A stretch of DNA of 61,302 nucleotides, counting the filler, from Sphacelaria rigidula (lineage: Eukaryota): NCBI GenBank assembly GCA_964200075.2. It is 9 parts of 9 records of this genome, joined end to end, with 100 filler letters (N's around TTAATTAATTAA, not from the genome) between each part and the next. Parts side by side here need not be neighbours in the genome. Positions count along the whole stretch, not along the records: positions 47,759 to 54,480 come from CAXNAA020018415.1; positions 54,581 to 61,302 come from CAXNAA020018416.1; 7 more parts are not named here. The stretch is one strand, 5' to 3'. How positions within the stretch are numbered: position 1 is the stretch's first letter; each line of letters begins with the position of its first letter. The notes beneath the pieces are model-generated. The model saw nothing but the letters and a program-made list of their open reading frames with translations, had not been told where the DNA came from and made no database searches. Of the stretch, positions 49,998 to 61,302 are shown piece by piece. Both the position numbers and the translations under genes were made by a program.

Positions 49998-50208
49998 GTA
50001 ATTCGTATAAGAGGACCGCATGCTTGGAGGACCGCATCGAAATTTGAACACCCCTGTGGTTAGGGTTAGGGTTAGGGTTAGTGTTGGGGTTAGGGTGAAG
50101 GGCGCGGTACATGCAGCGACTGACCCGATTGGTTTTGAAAAACGTCGATCCGGAGGTATTATAAACTACGGTGCGGTCCTCTGAGCACGCGGTCCTCTCA
50201 CGTATTAC
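49998..50208. mobile_element. TIR element carrying internal (TTAGGG)n, copy 1
   Basis: GTAATTCGTATAAGAGGACCGCATGCTTGGAGGACCGC / GCGGTCCTCTGAGCACGCGGTCCTCTCACGTATTAC inverted ends. TTAGGG array at ~50058-50097. Confidence 0.75.
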
Positions 50209-50999
50209 GGGGGGAGCGACCTAGTAGTTTGAGGTCAAGTGATATTCCCTTGCTCTAGGCTCTGACGACGTCGTCTTAGCAAGCAATCCGATCGCGGTAT
50301 CGGACAAATTGAAAATCCCCACAAGGCACGAGGTCACGAGGCAGGGCCCTGCCCTCCTCCCAACGTGTTCGACACGATCTTCACTTTTGAGGCTCTCCAG
50401 AAGGAAGCCTTTGCGGCGCTATGAGACATGCGGTATTGACATATGATGGCGATGTGAAGGGTTCCCACCACGAGAGTATTCGACCACCAGGATCGTAGAT
50501 GAAAGGAGTGCTCGAGACACGATTTTAGTGAATCGCGACCAGGAGATGCGCAGTTCCGGGCGAGCACAAAAACCACGTACCGCATGGACACGCTGTGTTA
50601 TGGGGGCAGCTTATGGAGTATATCTCCTCGTCAAAAATAGCCCTAAAGTACTGACCTCGTCGATGTCCCGCCGCTGCACGTGCCAACGCCGACGATGCGC
50701 TCGCCCTAGCAAACGGGAGAGAGCAGGCGGATATCCGCAGAGCACATATGCCCAGGGCCCTGACTAATCTCATGATTAGCAGTCACCCGAGGGAGCTGAC
50801 AGCAGTAGCAGCAACGGATGAAGCGGGTGAGAGCGGACGGTCAAAACGCGTCGCAGGCACCACTGAGTCGTCTGCATTTCGCACCGTGAGTAGTTCGATT
50901 GTGTTGCGCTCCAAGACCGAACCGGTGGGCAATTACTGGAATCGACGGCAATGTGCTCAAGAGACAATCCGGTAGGTGTATCGGGAGGCACGCATTCCC

Positions 51000-51450
51000 A
51001 ATAAACAGCCGATCATCGAAATTGAGAATGGAGCTTTTCATCCAGGATAAGGACTCGAAGGATGGGAATCTTCGTATCCACACCAAATCTTCGAAATATC
51101 GTTCCATTCCTTAACCTACTGGTAGCTATTGACAAGTAGTACACGCCATACAAGTTGTGATTTCGATAACCGAGAGTTGTGGCCCTAGGTCAAGAATCAA
51201 TTTCGGGAATTTCGGCGATCCGATCGGATCACCTAAATTCCCCCAAAACACATTTTTCATCTAGGACCCCAGCATTTCGGTCATCTAAATCCAAATTTTC
51301 CGGGCGTGTAGCAGTTACCGATAGCTACTAGTAGGTGAAGGAATGGAGCCATATTTCGAAGATTTGGTGTGGATAAGAAGATTTGAATCCTCCCGGCTCT
51401 CATCCTTAACAAAACGCTCAATCCCCGATTCCGATGACCGGCTGTTAATA
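51000..51450. mobile_element. Foldback/MITE-like element, copy 2 (family of 1615-2038)
   Basis: AATCTTCGTATCCACACCAAATCTTCGAAATAT / ATATTTCGAAGATTTGGTGTGGATAAGAAGATT inverted arms. The central GATCCGATCGGATCACC...CTAGGACCCC is shared with copy 1. Confidence 0.8.
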
Positions 51451-51503
51451 GTGTCGCAAATTAATCCCTCGATCCTACTAGTACAAGAGATGTGCCAGGA
51501 CGG

Positions 51504-51534
<31 letters not shown>

Positions 51535-54270
51535 CGAGCAGTGTGAAATACACATGACTGTACAGTTATCCGCATACGTGGCGTTCTTTTAGAATCGTGA
51601 GATTATAAAGCAAAGATACAATATCCCAAATGCTGGGACAATGTTGATGTTGTGCAGTTCGATATTCGAAAATATGGAAGAGCACTCAAATGTAGAACTA
51701 TGTCCTATGATATAGTTATAGCTCGCACCTGAAACATCAGCGGTTTCTCGAGGCTGGCACGTTGCGCCAGGTGCGCTAAAATATTGGTATGTACGATCAA
51801 GGATTGACATCCGCAGGTATTCCGGAAACCATTCCGTGCTTAAGTAGACCTTTGAAGCAGACCAAATGTTCGTCTCTTCTTCACCTCATGTATCGATACC
51901 ACCAAGTCATCCCGCAAATACACAACCCCCCCGTCGAGCTCAGCACAAGGTATGTATGTATAGAGTACATACCTGTGTGGGACTCTAGCATGAGACAACG
52001 AGTCAAAGGCCAAGAAGTGATCGAAAAAGTAAATGGCGGAGCGCCATGACCTGTGACCGAAAAAAACGTTGGACGAATGGTCGCGCACGGCAATCGATCC
52101 CTCGGGATGTGCTGCGCACTTAGTGCGTGTCTGTGTGGTCGGAGGGACTAGTGTCTGATGTGCAGCTTAGTTGATCTGTTGGGGTGACGGTTGTCACGTT
52201 TCGGCCTGGAAACTGGGAATTGTCAGGTCCCGTCGCAACACGGCAATCGGCCGTCTCTACACAACACCGGACAGGTCGCGGGAAAATATGGGGTACAAAA
52301 CGGGCCTACGTCCAGTACCGTACACCCGCGAGCTGTCTACTGAGCAGCGGGCGTGTTTGATACTGAGGTCGCGGGTGTGCTTTGAACAAGTACCACGAGC
52401 AGCAGGTGAGAGTACAGCTCCTCTGCTACCTGTGACCGCACACTTGTACGGATCGTCGCACGCAATCAACGGTGCCGTTCGGGCGTGCGATGACCGGCCA
52501 AAGTATGAAGTCGTCAAGCACGCAAGCATCAGAGCATCATCATCAAAGTCTCACCCCTTGGGAACCGTGGACGCGTTCGAGCGAAGGACGAGTTTTTCGG
52601 TCGATGATTGGGATGATGGAGCGAGGAAAAGTGGGAAGGTGCGGTGCACTGTTGCGCCGCCCCTTTTGTCGCTTTTGATGCGTTTCAAAACGCCTCCGTG
52701 TTTGTTAGATGATGACAAAAATCACAGGGTAGGGGCTCGACGCCTCACACGTCTTTATCCCGAATTGTTCAGGGAACAATGCATTTCGACCGATTGTGAA
52801 GTCAACTGCAATGTATTCCACATGTAAAGGGCATAGCCCACACTTTGGAACACAGTCATGGGAGTGGACGATGAAGGATGTTTGCCGCTTGCCAGACACG
52901 GCGGCTCTAGAACTACTACACAACGCTCTCTGCATCACTAAGCCAACCCTCGAAAGTTTTAGATCATTGACGCCCCATTGGAGGAGGAGGATTGGCGGGT
53001 GTGTGTGGGCCTCGATAGCTAAACGCTTCGGGTTGATGCTAGGAAACGTCTGAATAAGCTGGGTGAAAATCTCGTTGACTTTATCGAATACAGACCGTGC
53101 CCGCGAATATCCACTACTTTCCGTCTACCGCTGTGCCGACATCAAAACGCAGAAATTTCCTGCGCTGCGTAGCCTATCGGGATACCAAAGACACCCACAT
53201 GATGCACGGATGGCAAGTATTCAGCTTGGCAGGATCACCACGATCCCGCGAAGAAACGAACGGAACAGAGGTCGGCTACTCCCGCAAAATATCGGGACGT
53301 GAAGGCGACCTGGGCTTGACCGTATAACTGTACAGAGCCCGTATCCAACACTGATTGTATGCGGCGCTGTGGTGGCATTCGAGACGAGGAAATTGATTGT
53401 CATCGCACGAGTCTCATTCATTTCCTGTATATCACCGTCGTAGTCGCCATCTTACAGTGGGTGCAATATACGGGGGAAATGTGTACCGTGAACGGAAGTG
53501 TGGTACAAGGGCTCGAGGGGTTGGATTCGACAGCTAGAGCCATTTGCGGCGGAATCATGCGAGGTTGGTGATGATATTGAAGTACCGTGACTGCTATGGA
53601 CGCGAACTCCTGGCCCTTTTTGAACCCAACTTCCAAGAACTGCGGCCACACAGCGAGAACGTAGGCAAGCCCATGAGCAGCGAAAAAACGTTTTCGTGAG
53701 TTCAAGCTGACATAGCCAGCCCTCCCCAACAAGGACAAGATAGAAATCCACACAGGTCTTGCCCCGAGCATACGTCACTCTAACAAAACGCGGCGCAATT
53801 ACTGTCTGTTCGCGACGGTGATAGATGGCAGTAGACATTTTTACCTGTTTGGCGCCCCGCTTCTCCATTCGTCGTTTCGTGAGCGAGGGTACTCGTGACG
53901 GTGTCTAATCCCTACTTGCTACAGTAAACATCGGTTTCTCGTGTCTTCCATTGTCATTCCCAGGTCGGCTTTGCAATTTCACAACCCGAAGAGACGGCCA
54001 TTCTACCGCACGAACGAGGTGATTTCGACCCGTTCAAGGGTGATGGGCGCTTCTCTTCGTGTACGAGTACTGCCAAGCTCTCATACGGCCAGTATGTATC
54101 AGCAAGATAAATAACTTTTCGAAGCATCGGTCTGGAGCATGCTCGAGCCCTACATCGGGTGGGTTGTTCGCAACACAGCCACTGATAATACCGTGCTGTG
54201 CCTTGTAAGGCGTCAGGCAGTGTACACAGGCGTATCTGCATGCCAGGACAACAACGCCAACGGGTCCAGT

Positions 54271-54480
54271 GTAATGCGTGAGAGGACCGCGTGCTTAAAA
54301 GACCGCCTCGGAATTTGAACATTCCCATGGTTAGGGTTAGGGTTAGGGTTAGGGTTAGGGTTAGGGTTAGGGTTGTGGTCAGGGGCGTGGTACCTGCAGG
54401 GACTGACCCGATTGGTTTTGGAAAACATCAATCCTGAGGTGTTTTGAACTACGGCGCGGTCCTCTAAGCACGCGGTCCTC
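54271..54480. mobile_element. TIR element carrying internal (TTAGGG)7, copy 2 (cut by contig end)
   Basis: GTAATGCGTGAGAGGACCGCGTGCTT...(GGTTAG)n...GACTGACCCGATTGGTTTTG...GCGGTCCTCTAAGCACGCGGTCCTC. Confidence 0.78.
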
Positions 54481-55479
54481 NNNNNNNNNNNNNNNNNNNN
54501 NNNNNNNNNNNNNNNNNNNNNNNNTTAATTAATTAANNNNNNNNNNNNNNNNNNNNNNNNNNNNNNNNNNNNNNNNNNNNAGTGTGGGGAAAGCACTGTT
54601 TTAGGCTTGAACCTCATCTCAAAGTTAAACCTCAATTCGCACAATTTGTTGTTACTAACAGTATGTTCGTGGGATTGGGAGTAGCGGATAGGATTGAGAG
54701 TCGGGTTTTATTCGAATGATGGGCAAGGCCTGGTTTTCCGACTCATGGATTAAAGGCTTAGTCAGGATGATGACCAATGTTATCGTAAGATCAACAATAC
54801 AAAATATGACTGAGAGTGCGATGTTACTCGAAAGAGGAGACATGTCTTTCCGATTGATGGGCGGAAAGCCTAGGTTGGACGTTCAAGATGTTGATGTCCC
54901 TGGCTCATCATGCAACTGTCGTGAGATGGGAGCAGCTGTGATTGTCATGTGAAAATGTTCCGTGTCGGAAGTCACTGTTGTTTTTGACGACTGCGTACCG
55001 TTGGCCGGCGAGGAATGTTCAGTGTGAGATGTTGAATCACCATCGATCTGAAAGTACGCACGAACGAGATGGACTACTCTCGCGCCGAGGCTCACGGTTT
55101 CGACACTTCGGGAAAATATCTTCAGACAGCGTATGATGAAAAATACGCCGATGGAAGCACTCTGACAGCAAATCTTCTGGACATCAGGCGGGTAATCTTC
55201 CTTCCGGGGCGAAAATTGGGAAACCCGATATTTGTCACCTGGTTCAGTATTATTCCGTCACAGGTATTGCCATCAGCCGCTGCCAAAGAACAGTGTACGA
55301 ACCCACGAGGGGTTTACGGAATTGATGACACACCTTCCGTGCCAAGAAAAGCACATTCATCCCCACGTGTCAAGACGAACAGCACACACCAATCACAACA
55401 CTGGTACAGGAAAAAAACACCCGATCAGCAAAACAGCCCCACACGAATTTTTACCACTCAAAAATAAAGATGGTGCTGA

Positions 55480-55665
55480 GGGCCTGTCTTAGCACATAAG
55501 TTTTCGATCGAAATCATGCGATGAAAACTAAAAGTCCCGATCTGATGGGTGGTAATTTCACCCATCGTTAATTTTGAAAATGGTTGAATTCAGGACCTAT
55601 CAGATCGGGAGTTTTGCTTTCCAATGTACCTTTTCGATCGAAAAATGATGTGCCAAGACACGGCC
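55480..55665. mobile_element. PIF/Harbinger (Tourist-like) MITE
   Basis: TIR GGGCCTGTCTTAGCACAT..TTTTCGATCGAAA / TTTCGATCGAAAA..ATGTGCCAAGACACGGCC, with 3-bp TGA on both flanks. Confidence 0.7.
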
Positions 55666-55918
55666 TGAGCGAATGGGCCCGATGACAGCAAATAACGATA
55701 CAACAGACACCAGACACCGGGTAACAATCGACTGTTCGTGACTACGGCTTGTCTTCCACGTCTACATCTCGCTCCTCTTCGCGTCCCGAGGCCTGTACAC
55801 ATCCAGCATTTGTCGCATTTGCATAGCTGAGGAAGTCTCGTCGAACGTGGTCGCCGGCTGAACCCATCTAGGTGATCTTCCCGTCCACTCCCTCCTCCAA
55901 CACGGTGCTTGACGTTAA

Positions 55919-56162
55919 CCCTTCGGGGACTAGACCCCCAGGGAGTGCTGATTTTTGTTTTTGTGAATCGGCATCATTTTCAGTTATTTTCAATTACAAA
56001 TAAATGATGTCGATTCACAAAGATTCACGAAACAAAAAACAATTTAACCCTTTGGGAACTCAAGTGCTGTTTTTTGCATCATTGTTACTTGAAATTACTG
56101 AAACTGATGCCGATTCACAAAAACAAAAATCACCACTCCCTAGGGGTCTAGTCCCCAAAAGT
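55919..56162. mobile_element. piggyBac-like MITE
   Basis: TTAA on both flanks (55915-18, 56163-66), CCC start, and ~90-bp inverted arms GGGGACTAGACCCC..GATTTTTGTTTTTGTGAATCGGCATCA / TGATGCCGATTCACAAAAACAAAAATC..GGGGTCTAGTCCCC. Confidence 0.8.
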
Positions 56163-56300
56163 TTAAGCTGTATACAAAGTGCCGACAGCGTGCACTTCCA
56201 CGTCTATCGTACGTCGGGCTCGAAGGAGGGAGCCTCGCACGTCCTGTGCACGAAACTGCAACAAAAAAAGTCAGGGGCGGCGGTGGACGACACGGGTTAC

Positions 56301-56762
56301 TGAAAGAACGAGGTAGTTCTTGATGTGGCGTGATATCTCAAGGAGATGCACAGAGCCAGCACGAAGTGGCGGTAAAGCACACTTGCTTGTCGAAAAGACT
56401 GATGTTGGAAATTGGCGTTTATGTGGCCGAGACTCTCAGTGAAGAGAGTGAAGAAGAAAAAGAGAGTGAGAGGGTGTGGGGGCAACCCACAAGTACCCTC
56501 GGATCAATGCGCTACGCCTAAGTTCTTACTCATGAGAATATTCTTACTTATGAGAATCCTACGACTTTACATTAACCCGACAGAACTCTAGAACAAAGTA
56601 ATTAGAATCCTAGAACTTTTCATTAACCCGACAGAGACGGAAGCTCCGCTAACAATCTTGGAACAGTTGCAATCCTCTGAGGATGCGGAAGTTGTACTGT
56701 TATTTACCCGATATGAGCGACTATCGAAATAAGACACCAATAACGAATCTGTTGTTCTAACG
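56301..56762 (-). repeat. Putative 3' LTR of Copia element 2
   Basis: Short imperfect inverted termini TGAAAGAAC...GTTCTAACG. The adjacent CGCCCCCG reads CGGGGGCG (PPT-like) on the minus strand. No second LTR available to confirm. Confidence 0.5.
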
Positions 56763-57070
56763 CGCCCCCGCGATGGAAGCCTATATCGATGAATGCTACG
56801 AAGTGCGCCCCCGTGATGGAAGCTTTCTACAGAGAAGGTTGAACAGGCACGCTGACAAATATCATTACCGATGTCCTGACCGTCCGAAGAAAAGAAGGAA
56901 AGGCGAAGCAAAAACAAAGTATGCTCATAATGCAGCCGTCGTTACGCTGCATACACAAAAAGGAAACCGTTGATACAGTCCACTAAGTAAGTAGTCCAAG
57001 CTAAACCATCCTGGTAATCCAAGAAAAGCGAACAAAAAAGTAGAACCGCGAAGAAAAGCTGTGGAATTCC

Positions 57071-57871
57071 TCAAGTTGAAAAGTGGTGACGTGGTAGCTT
57101 GCCCTGCTGGAGATCCGGTCCCCTGAGGATCGCCGCAAGCATTTCCGTGAAGAGGGGCCTAGCCAGGAACTTGGTGAGAATGTCGCTGAGCTGACCCTTC
57201 GTGGAGACGTGGTCGATGATAATCTTATCGTCGGTGATCCAATCGCGAAGGCCGGCGAACCTGATCGCGAGGTGTTTTCTCCTGCTGCTGTACGAGCCTT
57301 GTCCCGCGAGTAGCAGGGCGCCCTTGTTGTCGCAAAATATGCGGGCGCTGCGGAAGGTCCATCCGAGCTCTCCGAGGATACCACACAGGTAAATGCCTTG
57401 TTTTGCGTAAGATCTCACGGCAATCAGCTCCGCTTCGGTGGTAGATTGGGCTGAGATTTTCTGAACGCTAGCCGAGAAGTGTATGACACCCCCAGAAAGG
57501 AAGTAGGTGCTCCCCGATGTAGACCTAGCCTTCTCCGGGTTGCCCGTGCTGTAAGAGGCGTCACAGAACCCAGTGAGCTCGAAGCTGCTGTTCCGGCTGT
57601 AGGTGATGCGAATGTCAGGGGTGCCGCGCAGGTATCGCAGAATGCGTTTCACGGCCCCCATGTGTACTGAGGTTAGCTTGCTCATGAACCGTGCCGCCTG
57701 TGACACTGCGAAGCAGATGTCCACGCGGGTACACTGGCACAGGAAGATGAGGGACCCCACGATGCTCTGGTAGTCGAGAGTGTCATCCTTGTCGAGCGGT
57801 ACGCTGCCTTCGGGCTCCGCGGTCAGCTCGTTGCCGATTCCAGGTGTGTGTACTGCGTTGCAGCCGGACAT
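57071..57871 (-). pseudogene. Copia RT C-terminus and RNase H
   Basis: YQSIVGSLIFL..TRVDICFAVS, VKRILRYLRGT, FCDASY, STTEAELIA, CDNKGAL, KHLAIRF, QLSDILTK. Confidence 0.95.
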
Positions 57872-58748
57872 GCCGCACGTAGGGCCCTTGGCTGATGCTG
57901 ATGGTGCCTAGCTGCTTGTCGTGGATGATGTCCATCCCCAAGATTTTCGTGGCGCCGCCAAAATCCGTCATAGAAAACTTGTCCATGAGTGCTTTCCGGA
58001 GTATGGCCACGATTGCCGGGTCGGGTCCCGTGATGAGGAGGTCGCCCACGTACAGAGTGATCATGATCTAGTCGTCTCCGCTGCCCTTGACATATACGCA
58101 CGCGTCGCTCACGGTCGGTTCGAAGCCGAGTGCTCGCAGATCACCGTCGATGGTGCTGTTCCATGCTTTTGGTGACTGCCGCAGCCCGTAGATGGACTTG
58201 TGCAGCTTTATGATGAACGGTCGCCCCCGCGAGTTCTTCTTTTCGAACCCCATCACCTGCCGCATGTAGACTTTTTCCTCGAGCTTCCCGTTGAGAAATG
58301 CTGTTGAGAAGTCCATGGCTGAGACGCTCCATCCGTTGGCAGCGGCAATGGCAAGAAGGAGGCGTTGACTCTCGATCCGGCAGACTGGCGCAAACGTGCT
58401 GCCGCAGTCTATGCCGTGCCTCTGCGACCAGCCCGTTCCGACGACTCTGCCTTTGAATCACCCATCCGTTTTTACCTTGAACACCCAGCGTGGGCCGATG
58501 ATGTTATGACCTAGAGGAACTGCTTCCGGAGGGACCAACTCGAAAACCTGGAGGTCGATGAGGCTCTGGTGCTCCTTCCGGGCGGCTGTCAGCCATTCCG
58601 CAGAGTGAGGCGAGGCCATTGCCTCCTTGAAGGTGTTGGGTACAGGGATGGCCCCTGGAGTAGTGACCTTGTGTAGCCCCACAACGCCGATGTAGTGACT
58701 CACTTGTTGCATAAGCGAGTACGACTTACGGCGTGCAGCGAAGTCCAC
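57872..58748 (-). pseudogene. Copia reverse transcriptase, disrupted
   Basis: PNTFKEAM, RWVFKVKTDG*, MDFSTAFLNG, LHKSIYGLRQSPKAW, SDACVY. The catalytic YVDD reads YVGD. Stops at 58458 and 58068. Confidence 0.95.
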
Positions 58749-58783
58749 GGCAAGCGCCAGCTGGCGAAGCGCCCGCGCTTGGT

Positions 58784-61302
58784 TCAGGCCGGTCGGAGAA
58801 AACTTTCTTGTGGCGATAGCCGCGGGTTTCGGAGATGAGATGTTGCCGATCGTAGTTGCCGCGTAGAGCCGAGCGATGAATCATTCGAGTCGTCTGCTGC
58901 GTCCAAATTGCTGATGCCGTTGAAAAAGCGGTCGTTGGTGTTGTCGTTGATGATGTCGATACTGTCATCGGCACTGTTGCTGTCCAGCGCGAAGTCCTCA
59001 TAAATTGGGTCGTCGCTGTAATCTTGCCCCCGGGCGCCGGTTGTGGTGCGAACAGCGACCGGCGGCGTCTCTATGAAAGTGACGTTGCGGGTGCTGATGA
59101 CCTGCCCTGTGTGGCGGTCGTAGATTCGGTAGGTAGGCTTGTCGTTGTCGTAGCCGATGAGAACTCCTTCGCGCGCCCTAGGATCTAGCTTGCGTAGATG
59201 CCCCTCATGGTGGACGAAGGCGCGCGCTCCGATGGTGCGCAGGAAGGATAGATCGGCGTACTTGCCGAACATCCTGTATTAGGGGGTGTCTCCGCCGATA
59301 GTCTTGTTCGGCAGGCGGTTCAGGAGAAAAACCGCAGCGGCCGCCATTTCCCCCCAGAGGGACTTTGGGAGGGCTGCGCCGTTGAGAAGGCACCGGGCCA
59401 CGTCCATGATTGTGCGCCCGTCGCGCTCGCTGAGGCCGTTTTGCTCTGGCGTATTGGGCGAGCTGAACTGTTGGACGATCGCGGTGGTCTTGCAGTACTC
59501 GCGGTAGTAGCCGGCAACAAACTCGCCACCACCGTCGGCCCGTAGCTGCTGAATTCGGAGTCCCAGCGGCATAGCCAAGTCTTGCACAAATTTGACGAGC
59601 GGTGTGAGTGCTTCGTCCTTGGTGTAAATGAAGTAGACGGCTTTGAATTTGCTGTAGTGGTCGGAGTACTTGGCCATGTACCTGAAATTCCCACGCGCCG
59701 GGGGCATCACGGGTCCCAACAGGTCCGTGCTGACCAATTGTAGCCTTTCGGAGATGACGGTTGAAGCCGGCTTGTTCCGAATCGACTGTCTGACGCCCTT
59801 GTTGATTTGGCAGACCTCGCACGAATTCAGCGAGCCGGTAAACTGAACACCCGTCTCGGCGATGTCCCGCGCCGCCTGCATAGTGTGCTCGTTGGGATGT
59901 CCAAGGCGCTGGTGCCACGTGTTTGCCCCCGCCGCCGGCATGGCGGTAGCCAGTTGATCTGGCAAAGGGGTAGTTGAAGTGGCCGGCAACCCCGGCGTGG
60001 CCGTCAGAGCCGGCGATGTTGCTGTGGAAGCTGTAGGTGCCGCTGTGACCCCGCTACGAATTAGACGTGAGGCCATTGATCTTCCGAGCGGAAGCGTATG
60101 TCCAGAGATGACTCCAGTTGAAAAGGCTGCCTCCGCACGGGTCTTGATAGTAGGGGCTAGCTTGAGATCGACATAATCGATAGTGGGGCAGTCGATGTCC
60201 TTTCGAAGTGGAATCTTGAACGGTCCGACGTCCAAGTACGACTGCTTGGCGACAACCGTGTTAACCCCCTTGAATGCTGCCGCACCTCCCGAAAACAGGT
60301 GACGCCCTAGCCCCGGCACGTTTATGGCCGGGAGGTAGATGTCGTGGGCCGTGCCGCGGTCGTCGAAGGCGCTCACGGTGAGAGTGCTCATGCTGACTCC
60401 GGCAAGAGTGTTGTTGCCGGCGACGACGATTGTCACCGGCGGGTCGAGCCGGACGAAGTCGGACATGCGCGATTCGATGTCCTTGATAAGATGGCTGTCA
60501 ACGAAGTGTGACGAAGCTCCGCAGTCCGACGTCATGCCTAACTGGACTGGGTCTGGAGTAGGAGAGCCGGCTGCCAGGAAAGAGTGGCCAATACCGGACG
60601 GGGGGGCGATAGACAGGTTGTTATATGATATAGTCGTCGCTGACGGCGCGGGCGTAGCCGCTGCCGCTGGAGGTGGAGCCGGGGGTGGAGCTGTTGCTGT
60701 AGTCGTAGAGTCCACGGTGACAGCCGTGTTGGCCTGTCCTGAGGTCGATCCTCCGCCACTCCGGCGTCCGTTGTTGTTGCTGCGGTTCCGGCCTCCGCCG
60801 CCGTTGCTGCCGCCGCCGTTGCTGCCGCCGCCGTTGCGACCGGCTCCGTCGGTCCCGTTGGAGCCGCCGTTCCTTTGCCGTTGCTGCTTCATGCAGTCGG
60901 CGTTGTCGTGGAGGTGCGTTTTGTGGTAGCTGGACCACCAGTTGCTTCTCCGGCCAGATATGGATGACGAGCCAGCGTCGCGATCGCGTTGCAGGATGAA
61001 ACAGGACGATTTGTTGTGTCCAGGCTTGTTGCAGTAATCGCACGTGCCCCGAAACGATGGAGTCGCAGTCATAGCGGACTCGCGCCCTTTTGTGCGCGAT
61101 GGCGCCGACAATTCGCCGCGCGCCACACGATTGGCGAACATGTTCCGAGCAGTGGTCTCGATCTCTTCGAGCGTCATCTCGGGGTCCCTCTCCGCCGCAA
61201 AGCGAAGTGTCTCGTATTCACCAGTCAGGCCCTCGAGAATGAGGTCCTGCATGCGGGCGTCCGATACGGGCTCGTTGATCTGTTCGAGCTCGTCCCGCTT
61301 TT
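58784..61302 (-). pseudogene. Copia gag-protease-integrase region
   Basis: 657-aa ORF: CCHC knuckle CDYCNKPGHNKSSC, protease DCGASSH, WHQRLGH...CEVC, integrase TDLLGP/RADGGGEF/EQNGLSER. Premature TAA at 59279, then SH3-like KLDPRAREGVLIGYD. Confidence 0.95.

Larger units (their letters stand above)
56301..61302 (-). mobile_element. Ty1/Copia LTR retrotransposon 2 (5' part beyond contig end), inactivated
   Basis: Domain order gag-PR-IN-RT-RH on the minus strand, followed by a PPT-like tract and a putative 3' LTR. Confidence 0.96.

Noticed and set aside
50058..54372. True telomeres
   Set aside because: The tracts are short, internal and enclosed in identical flanking element sequence.
6724..54580. 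6.8-kb periodic TTAATTAATTAA motif as a biological repeat
   Set aside because: It is embedded in N runs and is a six-frame stop linker added during assembly concatenation.
57201..61043. Overlapping alternative-frame and antisense ORFs
   Set aside because: These are shadow ORFs of the GC-rich Copia pol sequence.

Overview
This window is not one locus. It is nine unrelated contigs of almost identical length (four of 6723 bp, then five of 6722 bp), joined by eight artificial 100-nt spacers (N44-TTAATTAATTAA-N44), i.e. a size-sorted concatenation of unplaced contigs. The DNA is eukaryotic and repeat-rich. Short GT-AG exons, TTAGGG repeats and the repeat and Copia families suggest a brown alga or other stramenopile (inference). 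Contents: (1) two decayed Ty1/Copia LTR retrotransposons, one complete from LTR to LTR but lacking protease and integrase and carrying a nested MITE, the other 5'-truncated by the contig end; (2) a decayed LINE; (3) many MITE-like elements whose termini and TSDs resemble Tc1/mariner, PIF/Harbinger, piggyBac, Sola2 and hAT elements, plus a foldback element and a TIR element carrying internal telomeric repeats; (4) tRNA-derived SINE-like heads; (5) several satellites, including a ~238-bp tandem array in which each unit is a ~100-bp-arm hairpin; (6) one partial multi-exon host gene, not visible as a single ORF in the track, encoding EF-hand + PDZ + a beta-rich domain reminiscent of viral minor-capsid insertion domains. 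Most listed ORFs are spurious. I cannot establish a new biological system from the sequence alone. The best candidates are the palindromic array and the EF-hand/PDZ gene.
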